Assembly (NCBI GenBank): GCA_041611735.1
Contig: JBFIML010000024.1
Span: 1-63,738, forward strand
Reading direction: 5' to 3'
Source of the DNA: Myxococcota bacterium
GTDB taxonomy: Bacteria > Myxococcota_A > UBA9160 > PR03
DNA: 63,738 nucleotides
In this document: positions 38,138-47,620 of the stretch, in pieces
Position numbering within the stretch: position 1 is the stretch's first letter
Layout of the letters: each line of letters starts with the position of its first letter
Made by a program: the position numbers and the translations under genes
Notes under the pieces: generated by a model
What the model was told of the DNA's origin: nothing
Database searches by the model: none
What the model saw: only the letters and a program-made list of their open reading frames with translations

Positions 38138-38668
38138 ATGCGCTTCACGCCGCTCGACATCCAGGACCACCGCTTCGCCACGCGCCTGCGCGGCTACGAC
38201 CCGGCGGAGGTCGACTCCTTCATGCGCATGGTGGCGGAGGACTTCGAGGCGGCGGTGCGCGAGGTGGAGGCGCTGCGCCAGCGGGTGCGCGACCTCGAGG
38301 CGCGGGTCGAGGATCTGACGGGCCAGGAGAAAAGCCTGCGCGACACGCTGGTGACCGCCCAGACCCTTTCCGAGGACTTGAAGCGGACTGCCATGAAGGA
38401 AGCCGAGGTCACGATCTCCGAGGCGGAGATCAAGGGCGAGAAGATCCTGGCAGCGGCCCATCACCGCGCGGCGAGGCTCTCCCAGGACATCCGCGAGATC
38501 AAGCTGCTGCGCAGCCGCCTGGCCATCGCCGTGCGGACGGCCATCGAGACGCATCTGGCCCTCCTGGAGGGACTCTGCCAGGACCCCGACGACGATCCCC
38601 TCCTGGACGGCCGGCGCGACCCTCGCCCGGCGCCCCCGCCACCTCCGCTGCCCGGCCCGAAGGCTTGA
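38138..38668 (+). CDS. DivIVA-domain protein
   Basis: TPLDI...F...LRGYD..EVD.F followed by a coiled coil. Confidence 0.92.
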   Translation: MRFTPLDIQDHRFATRLRGYDPAEVDSFMRMVAEDFEAAVREVEALRQRVRDLEARVEDLTGQEKSLRDTLVTAQTLSEDLKRTAMKEAEVTISEAEIKGEKILAAAHHRAARLSQDIREIKLLRSRLAIAVRTAIETHLALLEGLCQDPDDDPLLDGRRDPRPAPPPPPLPGPKA

Positions 38669-38798
38669 CGAGCCGGGCCGCGGACCTCAGCCTTCGGCCT
38701 GCCCCGGAGGGTCCCGAGCTACGGATCCCCGTCGTGTCCGGCTCGGGGTGGCGGCACCGGGCGAGCAGCCAGACCCTCATGCGGAGGTCGAGGGGTTC

Positions 38799-39143
38799 AT
38801 GCCCATCTACGAGTACAGCTGTGAGAAGTGCAGCCACGAGTTCGAGCGCGAGCAACGCATCACCGAGGATCCGATCCGGAAGTGCCCGGCCTGCGGGGCC
38901 GATCGCGCGCGGCGTTTGATCTCGCGCACCTCGTTCGTGCTGAAGGGCGGCGGCTGGTACAACGACCTCTACGCGAGCCCGACTTCCAAGCCCGACGCGA
39001 AGCCGGAGGGCGGCGAGAAGCCCGCCGCCGAAGCGGGCGGCGCCCCCGCGGACGAAAAGAAGAAGCCGGAGAAGCCGGCCAGGAAGAAGGCGGACGGGAA
39101 CGCCAAGTCCCCCAAGGCCCCCAAGTCCCAGGCCGCCGCCTAG
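38799..39143 (+). CDS. FmdB-family zinc-ribbon protein with a Lys/Ala-rich tail
   Basis: MPIYEYSCEKC...CPACG...F.LKGGGWY..Y. Confidence 0.92.
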   Translation: MPIYEYSCEKCSHEFEREQRITEDPIRKCPACGADRARRLISRTSFVLKGGGWYNDLYASPTSKPDAKPEGGEKPAAEAGGAPADEKKKPEKPARKKADGNAKSPKAPKSQAAA

Positions 39144-39294
39144 AGGTGCCGGACCCAGGACCGGACGCGACCTCCGGACGCCGATCCATCGCCGCTGCCC
39201 GGGCCTTCCCACGCTCGGTGTCAGGGCTCCTGGCCAGCCGCTTCCCGAGCCCTCCGTTATACTGCGCCGCGTTTTCCCGACGGAGGCGCCCCCG

Positions 39295-40167
39295 ATGGCT
39301 CGCGATCTGCGTCGCCGTACCGTCGTCGTCGACGGCAAGGCGCTCGCCAGCCGGATCCGTCAGGGGCTCGCCGCGGAGGTGGCTGCCCTGGGGGCCGGCG
39401 GTCGGCGGCCCCCGCGGCTCGCGGTGGTCCTGGTCGGCAGCGATCCCGCCAGCGCCTCCTACATCAAGGGCAAGCGTCGGGCCTGCGAGCGCGTGGGCAT
39501 GGATTCCGTCGAACACGACCTTCCCGCCCAGGCCAGCGAGGCCCGCGTGCTGGCCATCGTGGAGCGTCTCAACAGCGACCCGGACGTGGACGGAATCCTG
39601 GTGCAGCTCCCGTTGCCGCCGGGGGTGCGGCCCGCGGCGATCGCCGCGGCCATCGACCCCGCCAAGGACGTGGACGGCCTGCATCCGCTGAACGCCGGCC
39701 GCCTGCTGGCCGGCGAGCCGGGCCTCTACCCCTGCACCCCACTCGGGATCATGGAGATCCTGAAGCACCACGAGGTCCCCCTGGAGGGAGCCCGCGCCGT
39801 GGTGATCGGACGCAGCCAGATCGTCGGCAAGCCGGTGGCCCTGCTGCTCCTGCAGCAGAACGCCACCGTGACGCTCTGCCACTCCCGCAGCCGCGACCTG
39901 GCCTCCCTGTGCCGGGAGGCGGACGTGCTGGTGGCAGCCGTCGGACGCCCGCGCATGGTGAAGCCGGACTGGGTGCGCCCGGGCGCGGCCGTGATCGACG
40001 TCGGCGTCTCGGTGATCGATGGCGAGACCGTGGGCGACGTGGACTTCGAGGGCGTGCAGGGCATCGCCGGCCTGGTGACCCCGCCCCGCGGCGGGGTGGG
40101 CCCCATGACCATCACCCTGTTGCTGCGCAACACGCTCGAGGCGTACCGGGCCCGGACTGGCGCGTGA
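39295..40167 (+). CDS. folD: Methylene-THF dehydrogenase/cyclohydrolase
   Basis: YIKGK, GILVQLP, KDVDG, PCTP, GRS.IVGKP, GGVGPMT. Confidence 0.97.
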   Translation: MARDLRRRTVVVDGKALASRIRQGLAAEVAALGAGGRRPPRLAVVLVGSDPASASYIKGKRRACERVGMDSVEHDLPAQASEARVLAIVERLNSDPDVDGILVQLPLPPGVRPAAIAAAIDPAKDVDGLHPLNAGRLLAGEPGLYPCTPLGIMEILKHHEVPLEGARAVVIGRSQIVGKPVALLLLQQNATVTLCHSRSRDLASLCREADVLVAAVGRPRMVKPDWVRPGAAVIDVGVSVIDGETVGDVDFEGVQGIAGLVTPPRGGVGPMTITLLLRNTLEAYRARTGA

Positions 40168-41282
40168 ACGCGCTGCGCCGCACCCCCTGCTTCGGGCTCC
40201 ACCGCCGGCTCGGCGCGCGCATGGTGCCCTTCGCCGGCTTCAGCCTGCCCGTCCAGTACGAGTCGATCGTCGCCGAGCACCACGCGGTGCGCGAGCGGGC
40301 CGGCCTGTTCGACGTCTCGCACATGGGCCAGATCCACCTGCGGGGCCCCGGCGCACTTCCGAGCCTGGAGCGGCTCGTCAGTTGCCCCGTGGCCACGCTG
40401 CCACCGGGCCGCGTGCGCTATGGCCTGCTGTGCCACGAATCCGGTGGCATCCTGGACGACGTGACCGTGTACCGCCTGGCGGAGGACGCCTTCTTCCTGT
40501 GCGTGAACGCCGCCAATGTCGAGAAGGACTACCGCTGGGTCGTCCGCCATGCGGCCGGCGACACGGAGGTCCGCGACCGCAGCGCCGGAACCGGACTGCT
40601 GGCACTGCAGGGCCCTGCCAGCGCCGCCATCCTGGAGCGGGTGACCGACCTGCCCGTGGCCGGCTTGCGACGCTTCCGCTTCCTGGAAGGTGCGGTGGCG
40701 GGCGCGCCCGCCCTCTTGTCGCGCACCGGCTACACGGGTTCCGATGGCTTCGAGATCTACCTGGCGGCGGAACACACGGCGACCTGCTTCGAGCGGCTGC
40801 TGGCCGCCGGCGCGGGCCACGGCCTGCGGCCCGCCGGACTCGGCGCCCGGGACACGCTGCGCCTCGAAGCAGCGCTCCCCCTCTACGGACACGAGCTCAC
40901 CGACGAGACCACGCCCCTGGACGCCCGCCTCGAGCGCTTCGTGAAGCTCGAGGCCGGAGGCTTCCTCGGCGCCGAGGCGCTGCGGCGTCGGCAGGCGGAA
41001 GGACCCGCGCGGCTGCTGGTGGGCTTCGTGCTGGACGGCCGCGGCGTGGCGCGGGCCGGCCATGCGCTCGAGCGGGAGGGGCGCGCGGTGGGAAGCGTCA
41101 CGTCGGGCGCGCCCTCTCCCACGCTCGGAAAATCCATCGGCCTCGGCTACGTTTCGCGCGAGTTGGCCGTCCCCGGCACGCGGCTCGAGGCGAACATCCG
41201 CGAGCGCGGCGTGCCCGTGCACGTGGTCGAGACCCCGTTCATCGATGCCCAGGGCCGCAAGGCCGCCCCCGGGCGCGCCTAG
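40164..41282 (+). CDS. gcvT: Glycine cleavage system T protein
   Basis: GLFDVSHMG, SRTGYTG.DGFE, GLGARDTLRLEA..PLYG. Confidence 0.97.
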   Translation: MNALRRTPCFGLHRRLGARMVPFAGFSLPVQYESIVAEHHAVRERAGLFDVSHMGQIHLRGPGALPSLERLVSCPVATLPPGRVRYGLLCHESGGILDDVTVYRLAEDAFFLCVNAANVEKDYRWVVRHAAGDTEVRDRSAGTGLLALQGPASAAILERVTDLPVAGLRRFRFLEGAVAGAPALLSRTGYTGSDGFEIYLAAEHTATCFERLLAAGAGHGLRPAGLGARDTLRLEAALPLYGHELTDETTPLDARLERFVKLEAGGFLGAEALRRRQAEGPARLLVGFVLDGRGVARAGHALEREGRAVGSVTSGAPSPTLGKSIGLGYVSRELAVPGTRLEANIRERGVPVHVVETPFIDAQGRKAAPGRA

Positions 41283-41302
41283 ACCCCACGGAGGACAAGC
41301 GC

Positions 41303-41704
41303 GTGGCCGAGTACGACATTCCCGAGGGGCTTCGCTACACCGCGGAAGACGAGTGGGTGCGGGTGGAGGGGGATCGGCTCACGGTCGGCGTCACGGACTA
41401 CGCCCAGCAGCAGCTCGGGGACGTGGTCTTCGTGGAGCTGCCGGACGTGGGGAGCCGGGTCGAGAAGGGGCGTCCCTTCGGCGTGATCGAATCGGTGAAG
41501 GCGGTCTCGGATCTGTACGCACCGGTTTCGGGCGAGGTGGTGGCGTTGAACGCGGAGCTGGCGGATCACCCGGAGCGCGTGAACGAGAGCTGCTACGAGG
41601 CCGGCTGGATGATCGCGATCGGTGGGGCCGAGCAGAGCGAAACGGAAGGGCTGCTCGACGCGGCCGCCTATCGCCGGCACGTCGAGGAGCGCAGCAAGGA
41701 GTGA
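41303..41704 (+). CDS. gcvH: Glycine cleavage system H protein
   Basis: GVTDYAQ..LGDVVFVELP, IESVKAVSD (lipoyl-Lys). Confidence 0.97.
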   Translation: MAEYDIPEGLRYTAEDEWVRVEGDRLTVGVTDYAQQQLGDVVFVELPDVGSRVEKGRPFGVIESVKAVSDLYAPVSGEVVALNAELADHPERVNESCYEAGWMIAIGGAEQSETEGLLDAAAYRRHVEERSKE

Positions 41705-41716
41705 GCCAGAGCGCCC

Positions 41717-43060
41717 GTGCGCTACATCCCCCACACCGAGGACGACGTCCGCCGCATGCTCGCGGTGATCGGAGCGCCCAGCGTGGAGGCGCTGTTCGGG
41801 GGTGTCCCCGACAAGCTGCGCCTGCGTCGCGCCTTGGACGTTCCCAGGGCCGTCAGCGAGCAGGACCTCTGGCGAGAGCTCGCGGCGGCCGCCGCCGGCA
41901 ACGCCAACCTGGACACCCACGACTGGTTCCTGGGCGCCGGCATCTATCCCCACTTCACGCCCGCCGCCGTGGACGCGATCGCCTCCCGGTCCGAGTTCTA
42001 CACGGCCTACACGCCCTACCAGGCGGAGATCAGCCAGGGGACGCTGCAGACCATCTTCGAGTGGCAGACCATGATCTGCGGTCTCACCGGCCTCGACGTG
42101 TCCAACGCCTCGCTCTACGACGGAGCGTCCGCGGCGGCCGAGGCCGCGCTCATGGCCATGCGCGTCACCCGGCGTTCCCGGGTGGTGGTGGCGGACGGCC
42201 TGCATCCCCACTACGCGGACGTGGTCCGCACCTACCTGACGGGCCTCGGGGCCGAACTCGTGCTGGGCTCGCGCGCGCCGGACGGACGCGCCGCAAGCGT
42301 GGCGCCGCTGGTGGACGACGCCACCGCCTGTGTCGTGGTGCAGCAGCCCAGCTTCTTCGGTCCCGTCCAGGACCTGCCTGTCCTGGCGGAGGCGGCCCAC
42401 AGGCGCGGCGCGCTGCTGGTGGTGGTGGTGGCCGAGGCGCTCGCCCTCGGGTTGCTGCGGGCGCCCGGCGAGCTGGGTGCGGACATCGTGTGCGGCGAGG
42501 CCCAGAGCTTCGGCATCCCCATGGGCTTCGGAGGCCCCGCCCTGGGCTTCCTGGCCACCCGCCGCGCCCACGTGCGCCAGATGCCGGGGCGGCTGGTGGG
42601 CCGCACCACCGACGCCCGGGGACGTGCGGGCTACGTGCTCACCCTCTCCACGCGCGAGCAGCACATCCGGCGCGAGCGCGCCACCTCGAACATCTGCACC
42701 AATCAGGGGCTGTGTCTGCTGATGGCCACCGTGTACCTGGCCCTGCTCGGCCCGCTTGGCCTCGCGAGGCTGGCGCGCCTCAATCTGTCCAGGGCCGAGT
42801 ACGCCAAGGCGCGGCTGCGCGAGGCCGGCTGCACCCTCCCCTACCCGGCCGCCAGCTTCAACGAGTTCGTGGTCCGGGTCCCGGACTCCGCCGAGGCCGC
42901 CCTCGGGCGTGCCCTGGAGGCCGGGGCGGTGGGCGGCCTCGATCTCGCCCCGCACGCACCGGAGATCGGACCGGCGCTGCTGGTCTGCACCACCGAGCTG
43001 GCGCAGCGCGAAGCCATCGATCGGCTGGCGGCGAGCCTCGGCGGCGGGAGGGCCCGATGA
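41717..43060 (+). CDS. gcvPA: Glycine dehydrogenase subunit 1
   Basis: YTPYQAEISQG, NASLYDG, REQHIRRERATSNICTNQ. Confidence 0.97.
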   Translation: MRYIPHTEDDVRRMLAVIGAPSVEALFGGVPDKLRLRRALDVPRAVSEQDLWRELAAAAAGNANLDTHDWFLGAGIYPHFTPAAVDAIASRSEFYTAYTPYQAEISQGTLQTIFEWQTMICGLTGLDVSNASLYDGASAAAEAALMAMRVTRRSRVVVADGLHPHYADVVRTYLTGLGAELVLGSRAPDGRAASVAPLVDDATACVVVQQPSFFGPVQDLPVLAEAAHRRGALLVVVVAEALALGLLRAPGELGADIVCGEAQSFGIPMGFGGPALGFLATRRAHVRQMPGRLVGRTTDARGRAGYVLTLSTREQHIRRERATSNICTNQGLCLLMATVYLALLGPLGLARLARLNLSRAEYAKARLREAGCTLPYPAASFNEFVVRVPDSAEAALGRALEAGAVGGLDLAPHAPEIGPALLVCTTELAQREAIDRLAASLGGGRAR

Positions 43061-44583
43061 GCCGCCCCGACACGGGGCCCGAGGACGTCGGCTACGCCAC
43101 GCGCGGGCTCGCCTGGGAGGAGCCGCCGATCTTCGAGCGCAGCCGCCCCGGGCGGACCGGCTTCGCGGTGCCGGCGGCCGACGTGCCCGAGGTGGAGCCG
43201 GCGGAGCACCTGGGCCCGGACGCCGTGCGCCGCGGGATCCCGGACCTGCCGGAGCTCTCCGAGGTGGAGGTGGTGCGCCACTTCACACGGCTCTCCACCT
43301 GGAACGCCTCGGTGGACCTGGGCCTCTACCCGCTCGGCTCGTGCACGATGAAGTACAACCCGAAGCTGAACGAGGCCGCGGCGCGTCTGCCCGGCTTCGC
43401 GCGCAGCCACCCGCTCCAGCCTGCGGCCCTGGCCCAGGGGATCCTGGGTCTGATCGCGGAGCTCGAGCGGCACCTGGCCGAAGTGAGCGGCATGGATCGG
43501 GTGAGCCTGCAGCCGGCAGCCGGCGCCCAGGGCGAGCTGGCCGGCATCATGATGATCCGCGCCTACCACGAGCAACGCGGCGAGCGACGCCTTCGGGTGC
43601 TGATTCCCGACACGGCCCACGGCACCAATCCGGCCAGCGCGGCGCTGAACGGGTACGAGGTGCAGGCGGTGCCGTCGGGGCCCGACGGGATCCTCCATCC
43701 GGAGGCCGTGGCGGAGGCCATGGGCCCGGACGTCGCCGCCCTGATGATCACGAACCCGAACACGCTCGGGTTGTTCGAGGAGCACGTGGCGCGCATCTGC
43801 GAGATCGTCCACGGCGAGGGCGGGCTGGTCTACGGGGACGGAGCCAACCTGAACGCCCTGCTGGGCATCGCCCGGCCCGGCGACTTCGGCATCGACGTGA
43901 TGCACTTCAACCTGCACAAGACCTTCTCGACGCCGCATGGCGGCGGCGGCCCGGGAGCCGGCCCGGTGGGCGTGAAGAACGTGCTGGCGCCGTATCTTCC
44001 CGTGCCGGTGGTGCGACGGCTCGAGGAAAGCGAGGGGACGGGCTTCGCCCTGGACTACGAGTTTCCCCACTCGATCGGACGGCTGCACGCGGGCTTCGGA
44101 AACGTCGGCATGTTCGTGCGCGCCTTCGCCTATCTGCGCTCCCTGGGGCCGGACGGCCTGCGCCGTTGCGCCGAGATGGCCGTCCTGAACGCCAACTACC
44201 TGCTGGCCCGCTTGCGCCGGGCCTACCCGCCCGCCTACGACCGCCCGGTGATGCACGAGTGCGTGGTTTCGGATCGGGGCCTGGAGGGCACCGGCGTCAC
44301 CACCATGGACGTGGCCAAGCGGCTGATCGACTACGGCTTCCATCCGCCCACCATCTACTTCCCGCTGATCGTGCACGGGGCCATCATGATCGAGCCGACC
44401 GAGAGCGAGAGTCTGGAGGGACTGGATCGCTTCGTGGAGGCAATGCTCGCCGTCGCCCGGGAGGCCCGGGACGACCCCGAACGGGTACGCGGCGCGCCGC
44501 ACCGCACGCGGCATGGACGCCTGGACGAAACCCGGGCCGCGCGCCAGCCGGTGCTGAGATGGCAGCCCGAGCCGCCCGCCTAG
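43057..44583 (+). CDS. gcvPB: Glycine dehydrogenase subunit 2
   Basis: PLGSCTMKYNP, AHGTNPAS, HFNLHKTFSTPHGGGGPG, MIEPTESES. Confidence 0.97.
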   Translation: MSRPDTGPEDVGYATRGLAWEEPPIFERSRPGRTGFAVPAADVPEVEPAEHLGPDAVRRGIPDLPELSEVEVVRHFTRLSTWNASVDLGLYPLGSCTMKYNPKLNEAAARLPGFARSHPLQPAALAQGILGLIAELERHLAEVSGMDRVSLQPAAGAQGELAGIMMIRAYHEQRGERRLRVLIPDTAHGTNPASAALNGYEVQAVPSGPDGILHPEAVAEAMGPDVAALMITNPNTLGLFEEHVARICEIVHGEGGLVYGDGANLNALLGIARPGDFGIDVMHFNLHKTFSTPHGGGGPGAGPVGVKNVLAPYLPVPVVRRLEESEGTGFALDYEFPHSIGRLHAGFGNVGMFVRAFAYLRSLGPDGLRRCAEMAVLNANYLLARLRRAYPPAYDRPVMHECVVSDRGLEGTGVTTMDVAKRLIDYGFHPPTIYFPLIVHGAIMIEPTESESLEGLDRFVEAMLAVAREARDDPERVRGAPHRTRHGRLDETRAARQPVLRWQPEPPA

Positions 44584-46136
44584 CGCTCCTGCTCGCGCTC
44601 GCCCTCCCGGCCTGCGTGCAGGACGACGGGCGGCGCTGGAACCCCGTGCGGGCGCCCTTCGAGAAGACGGAGTCGGAGGAGCGCGAACTGGGCTTCCGCT
44701 TCGACCAGGAAGCCCAGACCCAGCTGCCCCTGATCGACGACCTGCGCGTGCTCGAGTTCGTGGATGCGCTGGGCCGCGTCCTGCTCGAGCAGGTCGGCCC
44801 ACAGCCCTTCCTGTACCGCTTCCGGGTGATCCGCGACCCGGCGCTCAACGCCTTTGCCGTGCCGGGTGGCTTCGTGTATCTGCACACCGGGACGCTGCTC
44901 GCGGCGGGCTCGATCAACGAGCTGGCAGGGGTCATGGCCCACGAGATCGCCCACGTGAAGGGCCGCCACTACGCGCGCATGGTCGAACAGGCCGCGGTGC
45001 CGAACCTGCTGACGAGCGCTGCCGGTGTCCTCGCCGCGGTGGCCACCGGGGAGCCGGGCCTCGCGGTCACCGCCCAGGCCGTGAACGTGGCACTCCAGCT
45101 CCGCTACAGCCGCACCTTCGAAGGCGAAGCGGACCGGCTCGGCGCCAGCTTCATGTCGCGTGCCGGCTACGACCCCGAAGGAATGGTGCGCTTCTTCGAG
45201 CGCATCGTGCTCGAGAAGCGCAGCGCCCCCCCCACGCGCCTGCCGCCCTACCTCTACTCCCATCCCGACGTGGAGGAACGCATCCAGACCGTCTCCGAGC
45301 TGGCGACGCAGCTGCGTCCCCGGCAGCCCCACCCTCCCGACCTGGGCTCCTCCCTGGCCGACGTCCAGGCGCGGATCTCCTTCCTGGTGGACCGCAGCCG
45401 CTCCACCTGGGACGCCACGGAGCCCTTCGATCGCGCCGCCGGAGACACCGCCCTGGCCCGGGCCGAGGGGCTCGCCGGCGGCGGCGATCGGGACGCCGCC
45501 CTGGCGCTGCTGGCCCAGGCGGAGACGGAGTCTCCCAGCGATCCGCGTCTGCCGTTCCGGCGCGCGGGCTGGCTGGAAGAGGCCGAGCGGCTGCCGGAGG
45601 CCGCAAACGCGTACCGCCGCACCCTCGAGCTCGACCCGAGCCGGGCCCTGGTGTTCCTGCGCCTCGGGCTCGTCCACAAGCGGCTGGGCAACCCGAGCCG
45701 GGCGGTCTTCTACCTGGAGCAGGCGGTGCGGCGCTCGGCGCCCACCGGGGGCCTCCGGGAGCGGGCTCGCTGGGAAGTGGAGAAGCTGAGCTTCCCGGTG
45801 ATCGCCGCGTCGGGCCTGGCCGACGGATCGACATCGAGCGCGGCGGACACGGTGGCCGGTGTCTCGCGCGAGCGCTTCGGGCCCGACGACCCCCGCGCGG
45901 TGTGGTGGGGACGCCTGAACTCGCACTTCGCGGACCGACGCGAGGCGCTGGTGGCGCGTTGGATCGGACCGGACTCCCGGGTTGCCCAGGAAGGCCCGGT
46001 CGAGCGGGCGGGTCGGGTCTACGCGCGCTCGATCCTCCCGCTGCGCGGGCGCGACGTGCGCAGCGGCGACTGGGTGGTGGAGGTCCGCTTCGACGAGGAT
46101 CTCGTCGACCGGCAGCGCTTCCGGGTCGAACCCTAG
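44559..46136 (+). CDS. M48 (BepA-like) metalloprotease lipoprotein with TPRs and a C-terminal beta domain
   Basis: LALPAC lipobox, NAFA.PGG, HEIAH, E.EAD..G, SHP, TPR helices. Confidence 0.9.
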   Translation: MAARAARLALLLALALPACVQDDGRRWNPVRAPFEKTESEERELGFRFDQEAQTQLPLIDDLRVLEFVDALGRVLLEQVGPQPFLYRFRVIRDPALNAFAVPGGFVYLHTGTLLAAGSINELAGVMAHEIAHVKGRHYARMVEQAAVPNLLTSAAGVLAAVATGEPGLAVTAQAVNVALQLRYSRTFEGEADRLGASFMSRAGYDPEGMVRFFERIVLEKRSAPPTRLPPYLYSHPDVEERIQTVSELATQLRPRQPHPPDLGSSLADVQARISFLVDRSRSTWDATEPFDRAAGDTALARAEGLAGGGDRDAALALLAQAETESPSDPRLPFRRAGWLEEAERLPEAANAYRRTLELDPSRALVFLRLGLVHKRLGNPSRAVFYLEQAVRRSAPTGGLRERARWEVEKLSFPVIAASGLADGSTSSAADTVAGVSRERFGPDDPRAVWWGRLNSHFADRREALVARWIGPDSRVAQEGPVERAGRVYARSILPLRGRDVRSGDWVVEVRFDEDLVDRQRFRVEP

Positions 46137-47005
46137 TCGCGCAGCCGCTTGCGGGCGATCTCGGCCCAGGCGCCGGCCGGATCGAGCTGGAGGTAGCGGC
46201 GCCAGTGCTCGCGGGCGCGCCGCCGCAGGCGCAGCTTCTCGTAGAGGAGCGCCGCGGCCAGGTGCACGTCGGGTCGCAGCGGGTCGGCACGCAGCGCCGT
46301 CTTGTAGTGCCCCAGGGCCTGCTCGTCGTGCCCGTCCTCCTCCAGCAGACCGGCCAGGTTCAGATTCGCCTCCACGTGCTGGCGCTCGTAGGTGAGCGCC
46401 CGTTCGTAGCAGGCCCGGGCGGCCGCCCGGTCGCCCCGCTGGTAGTGGAGCGTGCCCAGGTTGCAGTGGGCGTCCGAGAACTCCGGGTCGGCCTCCAGGG
46501 CGCGGCGGTAGGCCTCCAGCGCCTCGGTCTGGGTGTCGGCCTGGGCATCCAGGCGACAGCCGCGCTCGAACCAGTCGAGCGCCGCCTCCGGGTCGGTCCC
46601 CCGAGCCCGACGCGCCTCGGCCAGGCAGGCCACGTCCTCCGGAACGGACGGGGCGAGGTGGAAATCGAGCAGCAGCTGCCCGTTCGGCTCGAGCAGCGCG
46701 CCGCGGTGCCGTACCACCACCCGATCGGTCCCGTCGATCCACACGTCCAGCCTGGCCAGCGGCTGGTCCAGGTCGGGAATGTGGCTGCGCACGGCCTGCA
46801 GGCTGCGGCGGATGCGCCGCAGGGGGACGCCCCGCTCCAGCAGAGCGAGAACCGTCCGGATGCAAACCAGCTCCCGGAACCCGAACGAAGGCTCTCCCGC
46901 GTCCCGACGCGCGGGCTCGATGAGTGCCGTCCGCTCCCAGTAGCGCAGGCGCGCCGGAGAGACGCGCAGGATGCGGGCGACGTCGCGAACCGACCAGGCG
47001 CTCAC
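46133..47005 (-). CDS. MerR-like HTH plus TPR protein
   Basis: SVRDVARIL.VS..RLRYWE...LL.RGVPLRRI; TPRs (AHCNLG, ANLNLA). Confidence 0.88.
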   Translation of the reverse strand: MSAWSVRDVARILRVSPARLRYWERTALIEPARRDAGEPSFGFRELVCIRTVLALLERGVPLRRIRRSLQAVRSHIPDLDQPLARLDVWIDGTDRVVVRHRGALLEPNGQLLLDFHLAPSVPEDVACLAEARRARGTDPEAALDWFERGCRLDAQADTQTEALEAYRRALEADPEFSDAHCNLGTLHYQRGDRAAARACYERALTYERQHVEANLNLAGLLEEDGHDEQALGHYKTALRADPLRPDVHLAAALLYEKLRLRRRAREHWRRYLQLDPAGAWAEIARKRLRD

Positions 47006-47097
47006 CCCACTCGAGCTTACACCGGCGGGGCACCGGGGCGGCAGGGATTTTTCGCCGGGACGGCGCCGGGCGCCGCTGGGCTAGACTGCCGGGTCCC

Positions 47098-47193
47098 GGA
47101 AGCGTTCGCCCGGCTGGTGCCGGCCCCGGACTTCAAATCCGGTGGGGGCCGTGGCGACACGACCCCGGCGGGTTCGATTCCCGTCCGCTTCCG
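47098..47193 (+). tRNA. selC: tRNA-Sec (anticodon UCA)
   Basis: GGAAG...CTTCC-G acceptor, TGGT D-loop, CCGGA CTTCAAA TCCGG anticodon arm, long variable arm, TTCGATT T-loop; CCA not encoded. Confidence 0.92.
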
Positions 47194-47262
47194 CCCGCGT
47201 CGCGTGTGCACCCCTGTGATAGACTCGAAGCACCGCAGCGAACCTCGGAGAGGAGCGACGCC

Positions 47263-47604
47263 ATGGTGGATAAGGCCTTGGTTTCGATCAGCTTCAAGGA
47301 CCTCGAAACGGACCAGCGCGTCCGGGAGGCGCTCGGGGCGCGCTGTCGACGCCTCACCGAGAAGTTCCCCGAGACGACGCGCTTCGAGATCACCCTGGCC
47401 TCGGACGGCGCCGGCTGCACGGCCCACGGGCGGGTCACCGGCAAGGACACCGAGGTGGCCACCCAGGCCACGGCCATGGAGCTGGCCCAGGCGGCGGATC
47501 GGCTGGTGGAGCGGATGGAGCGTCGGCTCCGACGCGGACACGAGAAGCGGGTTCTCGGCCGTCGCCGCGAGGCCCAGCGGGCCAACTCCCGGCGCACCCT
47601 GTGA
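47263..47604 (+). CDS. HPF/RaiA-like ribosome-associated protein
   Basis: ISFKDLE...A.D.LVERMERRLRR.HEK pattern; GAGGAG RBS; TGaTAGACT extended -10 upstream. Confidence 0.75.
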   Translation: MVDKALVSISFKDLETDQRVREALGARCRRLTEKFPETTRFEITLASDGAGCTAHGRVTGKDTEVATQATAMELAQAADRLVERMERRLRRGHEKRVLGRRREAQRANSRRTL

Positions 47605-47620
47605 GGGGCGCGCGGCGCGC

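Noticed and set aside
39144-40164. Glycine, ZTP or THF riboswitch ahead of folD-gcvT
   Set aside because: gcvT overlaps folD so there is no leader; the folD upstream region has only a TATACT box about 35 nt before the ATG and no aptamer consensus
41062-46136. Apparent giant fusion ORFs (1173-aa gcvPB, 1126-aa M48; likewise 915-aa tldD and 1035-aa uvrA)
   Set aside because: The N-terminal extensions are open off-frame reads of upstream genes; true starts are at the stop/start overlaps
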